Below, piece after piece: positions 14,970 through 20,269 of a stretch of DNA of 20,269 nucleotides. The notes below the pieces were generated by a model. It was not told the DNA's origin. It did no database searches and worked only from the letters and a program-made list of their open reading frames with translations. Source of the DNA: Archangiaceae bacterium. Lineage in GTDB: Bacteria > Myxococcota > Myxococcia > Myxococcales > Myxococcaceae. A program made the translations under genes and the position numbers. Within the stretch, counting starts at the first letter, position 1. Each line of letters starts with the position of its first letter. Location: the NCBI GenBank assembly GCA_043750125.1, contig JAYVCD010000035.1:1-20269 (forward strand), in the 5' to 3' direction.

Positions 14970-17900
14970 TCACTGTGTAGGCATCAACTGCTCGAGGTCT
15001 CTCAAGACTTTGCGTGCCTGGTTCACGAACTCCTGTCCGCGCACGTCTGGTTCCAGCCGGGCAATCAGCTTCATGTCCGGGGTCAGCCGCAGCGCACCTT
15101 TGGGCTTTCCAACCAGTTTCGCCAGCTTGTTACCGTCGAGTAACGCGTCGGGACCCAGGGTGACCACCAGCCGCCCCGGCCCCCCGTCCAGTTGGCGAAG
15201 GCGCATCCCCCGCATCGTCATCTTCAACGACATCAGCTCGCAGAGCGCATCGAGCTCGTTGGGAGCCTCTCCGTAGCGGTCGATGATCTCCGCGCGCAAA
15301 TCGTCGAGATCCTCGGGGGTCGAAGCCGACGAGAGCCGCTTGTAGAGCACCAGCCGCTGGTGGACGTCGGGCACGAAGTCGTCGGGCAGGTAGGCTGCGA
15401 CCGGCAGATTCACGTCGGGCTCGATCTCGGTGCGCATCGGCTCGCCCCGCATTTCGCTGACGGCTTCCTCGAGCATCTGGGCGTAGAGATCAAAGCCGAC
15501 CGCCTCGATGCTTCCCGACTGCTCTCCGCCGAGCAGGTTGCCCGCGCCGCGAATTTCGAGGTCGTGCGAGGCGATCGAAAAGCCTGCTCCCAGCTCGGTG
15601 AAGGCCTGCAGCACCTCGAGTCGGCGCTCGGCATCTTTGGTGACGGCCGACCGGGCGGGCACGAGCAGGTAGGCATACGCGCGCTCTTTGCTGCGACCGA
15701 CCCGCCCCCGCAGTTGGTACAGCTGGGCGAGCCCAAACGTGTCAGCGCGGTCGACGATCATCGTGTTGGCGTTGCTGATGTCGATTCCGCTCTCGATGAT
15801 GCTGGTGCACAACAGCAGCTGATGTTTCTTCTCGATGAACTCGAACATCACCTTTTCGAGCACGCCCTCGGGCATCTGCCCATGCGCCACCCCGATCGAG
15901 ACGCTGGGGACCAGCTCTTTGAGGAACTTTTCCATCGCGTGAATCGACGTCACCCGGTTGTGAACGAAGAACACCTGACCCCCGCGCTGAACCTCGCGAA
16001 GGATCGCCGTCTTGATCTGTTCGGGGTCAAAGCGGTTGACGAAGGTGCGGATCGCGCGCCGTTCGGCGGGAGGCGTGGTGATGAGCGACATGTCCCGCAG
16101 CCCGCTCATCGCCATGTTGAGCGTTCGGGGAATCGGAGTGGCTGAGAGCGTCAGCACGTCGACCTGGGTCTTGAGCTTCTTCAGCTGCTCTTTTTGCTTC
16201 ACCCCGAAGCGCTGCTCTTCGTCGATGACCAGCAGCCCCAGGTCTTTGAAGGCGACCTCTCCGCCCAACAGCTTGTGGGTCCCAATCACCACGTCGACCC
16301 GGCCCTCGAGGGCGCGGCGCAGCACGTCTCGCACTTCGGCCGGCTTGCGCAACGAGCTGACCACTTCGATCGTCACCGGGTACCCGTGGAACCGCTTTTG
16401 AAACGAGTGGTAGTGCTGGTGGGCGAGCAGGGTGGTCGGGACCAGAATCGCCACCTGCTTCTTGTCGAGCACCGCCTTGAACGTCGCCCGCATCGCGACT
16501 TCGGTCTTCCCGTAGCCCACGTCTCCGCAGACCAGGCGATCCATCACCTCGGGCTTGACCATGTCGGCGATCACCTCGTCGATCGCCCGCTGTTGATCCG
16601 GCGTCTCGTCGAACTCGAAGTCGGCTTCGAACTGGCGAAAGTAGCGGTCCGGCTCTTTGAACCGGTGCCCGGGGTGGGCCCGCCTTGCCGCGTACAGCGT
16701 CAACAGGTCGGCGGCCATCTTCAGCAGCTGCTCGCGAACGCGGGCCTTGGTCTTGAGCCACGCGTCGCTGCCCAGCCGATCGAGCTGGACCTTGTCCGGG
16801 TCTCCGCCGGTGAAGCGCGAGATGAGCCGCATTCGCCCGACCGGAAGGTAGATCTTGTCCTTCCCGAAGTACTCGAGCAGCAGGAAGTCGTTCGGGATTC
16901 CCTGCAGCGTGATCTGGGTCAGCCCCCCGTACCGCGCGACTCCGAACTCGGAATGGACGACCAGGTCTCCTTCTTTCAGATCTCGAAACGCGGCCGCGCT
17001 GAACCCGCTGTCGCCCTTGCGCCGCTTCACCGTGCGGCGGGCCCGGGTGCCGAAGATCTCCTCATCAGACAGCACCGCCAGCCGCCCGTCCCGGTCGACG
17101 AACCCGTTCGAGACTTCGCCGACAAAGAGGTGCGCGAGGACCCCCGGCAGAAACAGATTCCCGGGGTCGGCGGGCAGCGGCCCGGGGTGGACCTGCACCG
17201 GGGTCTCGCGTTCGGCCATCAACCGCTTGAGGCGATCTGCCTGGCCGGGCGTCCCGCAGGCGACCGCGGCGACAATCCGTTCGTCGCGCCATTGCTTCAG
17301 CTTCTCGAGCAGCGGAGTGAGCGCGCCCTCTTCGCCATGGTGGCTGGTGATCGCCTCGCGCAGGTCTTTGGTCTCGCCGAACGCGAAGGCGACCGGGGGC
17401 TCTTCCTCGGGCGAGGCGGTCAAGCTCAGGCCTCCCGCTTCGAGCACCGGCAGCTTCGCCAGCGCGGCGAACACTTCGGCCGGGTTGAGGAAGTGGGCCG
17501 CCGGAGGAAAGGTCAGCTCGCCGGCGGCCACCGCGTCGTGGTGGCTGCGCTCGGCTTCGGCCCAACCGGCCTCGAGCGCCTGGGTCACGGCGGTGGGGTT
17601 GTCGATGAACACCAGCGGCGGCTTTTTCGACCAGGACGGAAGGTACTCGAACAGCGACGTCAGCCCCCCTTCGAAGAACCCCGGCAGCAGCCCCTCGAGG
17701 CCCGCCCCGCTGATGCCTTCTCGAATCTGCTCGATCCGCTCTCGCACCCGCGAGGTGGGAACCGCAGAATGTTCGGCCAGCTCGCGCAGGTTCTTCTCGG
17801 CGCTCGACCGGGTCGCCTCGCTGAAGAAGAGCTCGCGCGCGGGCAAAATTCGCAGCCCGGTCACTTTCGCCGCGTCGGGAGGCGTGCGCTGCGTCGCGGG

Positions 17901-18521
17901 CTCGAACGGGCGCATCGACTCGATGAAGTCCCCGAAGAACTCCAGTCGCATCGGCTGGTCGGCCAGCGGGGGGAACACATCGAGGATGTCTCCGCGCACC
18001 GAAAAGGTGCCCACGTCTTCGACCAGCGGCACGTTGCGGTAGCCCATCTGCGCCAGCTTCAACGCCAGCGCATCGCGGGAAACTTCCTGCTGCGGACTGA
18101 CCTGGTGGCACAGCGAGGCCATCACCTGCGGGGGGAGCATTCGCTTCGCCAGCGCGAAGGCCGGTACCACGACGACTTTGACCTTCGAGCCCCCTTGAAG
18201 GTGAAACAGCGCCCCCAGCCGCTCGGTGACGATGCCGGTGTCGGGAATCAGCTCGTCCCAGGGCAGCGACTCTTCGGCCGGCAACTGGAGCACGATCGGC
18301 GCGCGGGCCGTGCCCGGGCCCCCGAAGAAAAATGCCAGGTCCGCCGCCAGGGCCTCGGCGGAATCTTCGTCGGCGGTGACGCACAGCAGCGGGGTGCCCA
18401 GCGAGGCATGCAGCTGACAGAGGACCCAGCCCCGAGCGCCCGAATGCAGCCCGACCGCTCGGGCGCGACCCGAAGACTCGAGCCGGGAAAGGATTTCTCG
18501 CAGGGGATCCGGCGCCGACAT
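14970..18521 (-). CDS. mfd: Transcription-repair coupling factor
   Basis: UvrB-homology module (FSVRGDILDVFP, RLEFFGD), RID/CarD domain, DRLVCGDVGYGKTEVA, DEEQRFG, LSATPIPRTL, QLYQLRGRVGRS, DLEIRGAGNLLG and a C-terminal TRCF domain; 1183 aa. Confidence 0.98.
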   Translation of the reverse strand: MSAPDPLREILSRLESSGRARAVGLHSGARGWVLCQLHASLGTPLLCVTADEDSAEALAADLAFFFGGPGTARAPIVLQLPAEESLPWDELIPDTGIVTERLGALFHLQGGSKVKVVVVPAFALAKRMLPPQVMASLCHQVSPQQEVSRDALALKLAQMGYRNVPLVEDVGTFSVRGDILDVFPPLADQPMRLEFFGDFIESMRPFEPATQRTPPDAAKVTGLRILPARELFFSEATRSSAEKNLRELAEHSAVPTSRVRERIEQIREGISGAGLEGLLPGFFEGGLTSLFEYLPSWSKKPPLVFIDNPTAVTQALEAGWAEAERSHHDAVAAGELTFPPAAHFLNPAEVFAALAKLPVLEAGGLSLTASPEEEPPVAFAFGETKDLREAITSHHGEEGALTPLLEKLKQWRDERIVAAVACGTPGQADRLKRLMAERETPVQVHPGPLPADPGNLFLPGVLAHLFVGEVSNGFVDRDGRLAVLSDEEIFGTRARRTVKRRKGDSGFSAAAFRDLKEGDLVVHSEFGVARYGGLTQITLQGIPNDFLLLEYFGKDKIYLPVGRMRLISRFTGGDPDKVQLDRLGSDAWLKTKARVREQLLKMAADLLTLYAARRAHPGHRFKEPDRYFRQFEADFEFDETPDQQRAIDEVIADMVKPEVMDRLVCGDVGYGKTEVAMRATFKAVLDKKQVAILVPTTLLAHQHYHSFQKRFHGYPVTIEVVSSLRKPAEVRDVLRRALEGRVDVVIGTHKLLGGEVAFKDLGLLVIDEEQRFGVKQKEQLKKLKTQVDVLTLSATPIPRTLNMAMSGLRDMSLITTPPAERRAIRTFVNRFDPEQIKTAILREVQRGGQVFFVHNRVTSIHAMEKFLKELVPSVSIGVAHGQMPEGVLEKVMFEFIEKKHQLLLCTSIIESGIDISNANTMIVDRADTFGLAQLYQLRGRVGRSKERAYAYLLVPARSAVTKDAERRLEVLQAFTELGAGFSIASHDLEIRGAGNLLGGEQSGSIEAVGFDLYAQMLEEAVSEMRGEPMRTEIEPDVNLPVAAYLPDDFVPDVHQRLVLYKRLSSASTPEDLDDLRAEIIDRYGEAPNELDALCELMSLKMTMRGMRLRQLDGGPGRLVVTLGPDALLDGNKLAKLVGKPKGALRLTPDMKLIARLEPDVRGQEFVNQARKVLRDLEQLMPTQ

Positions 18522-18581
18522 CAGAGCAGTCGGGTAGGCGCGGGGCCCGGTGATGTCAACGAAATCGAGGCCGCGCTCAGC

Positions 18582-19421
18582 TCAACCGATGGTCCCGAAG
18601 CCTTTGATCACCGGGTCGTTCATCGCGTACGTCTTGCGGCGCACCTGGTCGCTCGAGTTGCCCTCGATGGTGTCGACGTAGATTTGCCCGTTGCGCGAGT
18701 AGACCTTCTCCACCATTCCGACGTGGTCGGCCCAGCCGCCGCTGCCGCTCCAGTTGAAGGTGAGCGCGTCGCCCGGCTGCGGGTTGTGCTTCCCCTTCCA
18801 CAGGCCGCGGGCCGCCAGGGCGTCCTGAACTCCCTGCGCAGAAGCGGTATTCAGCGACAGCCCGGCCTTCTTCGCGCAGTAGCTGACGAAGTCCGCGCAC
18901 CACGCTTCGGGAGGCCGGCCCAGCGCAGCCGAGAACGGATTGGAGTTGCCCGAGCCTTCATGGGTCCCGATGAACTTCCGGGCCGTCTCGAGGATCTTCT
19001 CGGCGTTCGAGCCCGCCGCGACAGGAGCAGAAGGGTCCGCGCCGGAAACCGGGTTGTTCGCGGGCGTGGGATCAAAGTTCGAGCGGGCCGAGAAGCCACC
19101 GGCAGGCTGCTTCAACATCCAGCTGCCCGGGGGGTTGCTCTCGCCGTTGAAGCTGCCCCACGTCTGCTGGCCGACCAACCCGTCGACCGTCAGCCCCTTC
19201 GAAGCCTGGTACTTCCGGACCGCCTGGTCGGTCTCCCCGTCGAACTTCCCACTCGCCTTGTCGAGCAGACCCGCCGCGACCAGCTGCTCCTGCAGCTTCT
19301 TCACTTCGTCGCCGCTGCTGCCCACCTTGAGCAAAGTGTGCTCGCCCATCGGTCCGACGCCTCCGGAACGGGACGTCGAAGGCGGGCTGCTCACGCGCCG
19401 GGCCTGGTGAATTCGGGTCAT
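18582..19421 (-). CDS. Peptidoglycan-binding domain plus CHAP amidase/endopeptidase
   Basis: LKVGSSGDEVKKLQEQL...GKFDGETDQAVRKYQASKGLTVDGLVGQQTW (PG_binding_1); WCADFVSY, PQPGD, HVGMV and TIEGN (CHAP). Alternative start at ATG 19349. No signal peptide seen. Confidence 0.9.
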   Translation of the reverse strand: MTRIHQARRVSSPPSTSRSGGVGPMGEHTLLKVGSSGDEVKKLQEQLVAAGLLDKASGKFDGETDQAVRKYQASKGLTVDGLVGQQTWGSFNGESNPPGSWMLKQPAGGFSARSNFDPTPANNPVSGADPSAPVAAGSNAEKILETARKFIGTHEGSGNSNPFSAALGRPPEAWCADFVSYCAKKAGLSLNTASAQGVQDALAARGLWKGKHNPQPGDALTFNWSGSGGWADHVGMVEKVYSRNGQIYVDTIEGNSSDQVRRKTYAMNDPVIKGFGTIG

Positions 19422-19763
19422 GCCCGGATAATCGCCGGACTCTGGGAAAAGTTGTCACTGGCGATCGTCAGCCAGCGTTCCTTCAGGCGAGCCCCCGCCA
19501 TCACTCGACGGTTGCGTCGGCGCATAATGAGTTGAGCAACGATCTCGAGCTCGCCTACGTCGTGGCGGCCTGTTTGATGGGAAAGGAGATCGGCAAAACT
19601 CGCGGTCGGCGGGGGGGGCGACGACATGCGGGCGCCAGCGGTCTTGCCGCCCGGACTTCCTGCTGTCACGGGTACGCAGCATGGAAAACGTGATTCCGAA
19701 TTTACTGTTGCGTGGTACATCATTCCGCTGTGTGTCTTCCGCCCAGATGCGGCCCTGCCTTCC

Positions 19764-19814
19764 CTCATCGTCGATGACGGCGGCGACATTTTGGAGTCGC
19801 TCCGGGAGGCATTC
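19764..19814 (+). pseudogene. Short remnant resembling a response-regulator receiver N-terminus
   Basis: LIVDDGGDILESLREAF matches the beta1-alpha1 receiver motif; a stop follows at 19830-19832. Confidence 0.4.
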
Positions 19815-19945
19815 ACTTGCTCGACGCCGTGAAGAACCTCTGCTGATGCGACGAGAAGGAGCGGTCATGGTGCGGACCCAGTCGGTGAGTGCACTACAGG
19901 TGCACCGTGAAGACACGCTGTTAACCGCCTCCCTCTCGGAGGGGG

Positions 19946-20269
19946 GTGAGCAAAACGGGAAGACTCAGGATCGGAGCCACGCCCTCCTGGGGGCGCCACT
20001 GTCCTCCAGCAGGCCGGGAGCCCGGAATCGACGTCGGCCGGACTGGAGGCGTGTTGGCCCTCGGTAAGGAACCCTCCGAGCCGTCCGACGTCGCACTTCG
20101 AGCACGCGGCGCGATCGAAACGGAGCGTAGAAATCTCTTGCTCCAAGTGCCCATGCCAACGGCGCTGCTCACGGGGCCTCAGCACGTCTTCGAGCTCGCG
20201 AACTCGCTGTACCGAGAGATGGTCGGCAACCGGGAGGTCGTAGGCAAGACGTACGCTGAGGCGTTTCCC
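19946..20269 (+). CDS. PAS-domain protein (probably a sensor histidine kinase), runs off the right edge
   Basis: Not in the ORF track. Frame open from TAA 19922-19924 to the edge: ...ETERRNLLLQVPMPTALLTGPQHVFELANSLYREMVGNREVVGKTYAEAFP, a PAS_4-type start. Candidate starts are GTG 19946, GTG 20051 and TTG 20054. Confidence 0.75.
   Translation, partial: MSKTGRLRIGATPSWGRHCPPAGREPGIDVGRTGGVLALGKEPSEPSDVALRARGAIETERRNLLLQVPMPTALLTGPQHVFELANSLYREMVGNREVVGKTYAEAFP

Noticed and set aside
16194-19535. 1113-aa plus-strand ORF
   Set aside because: Antisense shadow of mfd and the CHAP gene; expected in high-GC3 DNA, with no recognisable domain.

Overview
GC-rich (roughly two-thirds GC by eye) chromosomal segment whose gene content points to a myxobacterium (Myxococcota; inference). 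In order: a partial lipoprotein gene (-); a tightly coupled four-gene signalling operon (+) encoding a TPR-like exported protein, a Cys-knuckle/CBM-like lipoprotein, a membrane Ser/Thr kinase with a PEGA-like tail and an FHA-sigma54 enhancer-binding protein; an orphan YjjJ/HipA-type kinase toxin lacking its N-terminal DNA-binding domain (-); an Ig-domain lipoprotein (-); a fused mosaic of two gene remnants (CheB C-terminus plus a frameshifted beta-propeller-like gene); ssb; two tandem paralogous lipoproteins with an identical 49-cysteine skeleton, the second coupled to hslO; an OmpA/MotB-type coiled-coil lipoprotein (-); a frameshifted HEAT-repeat gene; a small hypothetical gene; mfd (-); a signal-peptide-less PG-binding/CHAP hydrolase (-); a receiver-domain scrap; and the start of a PAS-domain protein. 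No rRNA, tRNA, CRISPR or mobile element was seen. The most interesting items are the Cys-rich lipoprotein pair, a D-[GA]-G motif enriched in exported lipoproteins, the kinase-FHA-sigma54 module with a candidate target promoter, the headless YjjJ toxin, and repeated signs of deletion-driven gene decay. All family calls rest on motif recognition; no searches were run.
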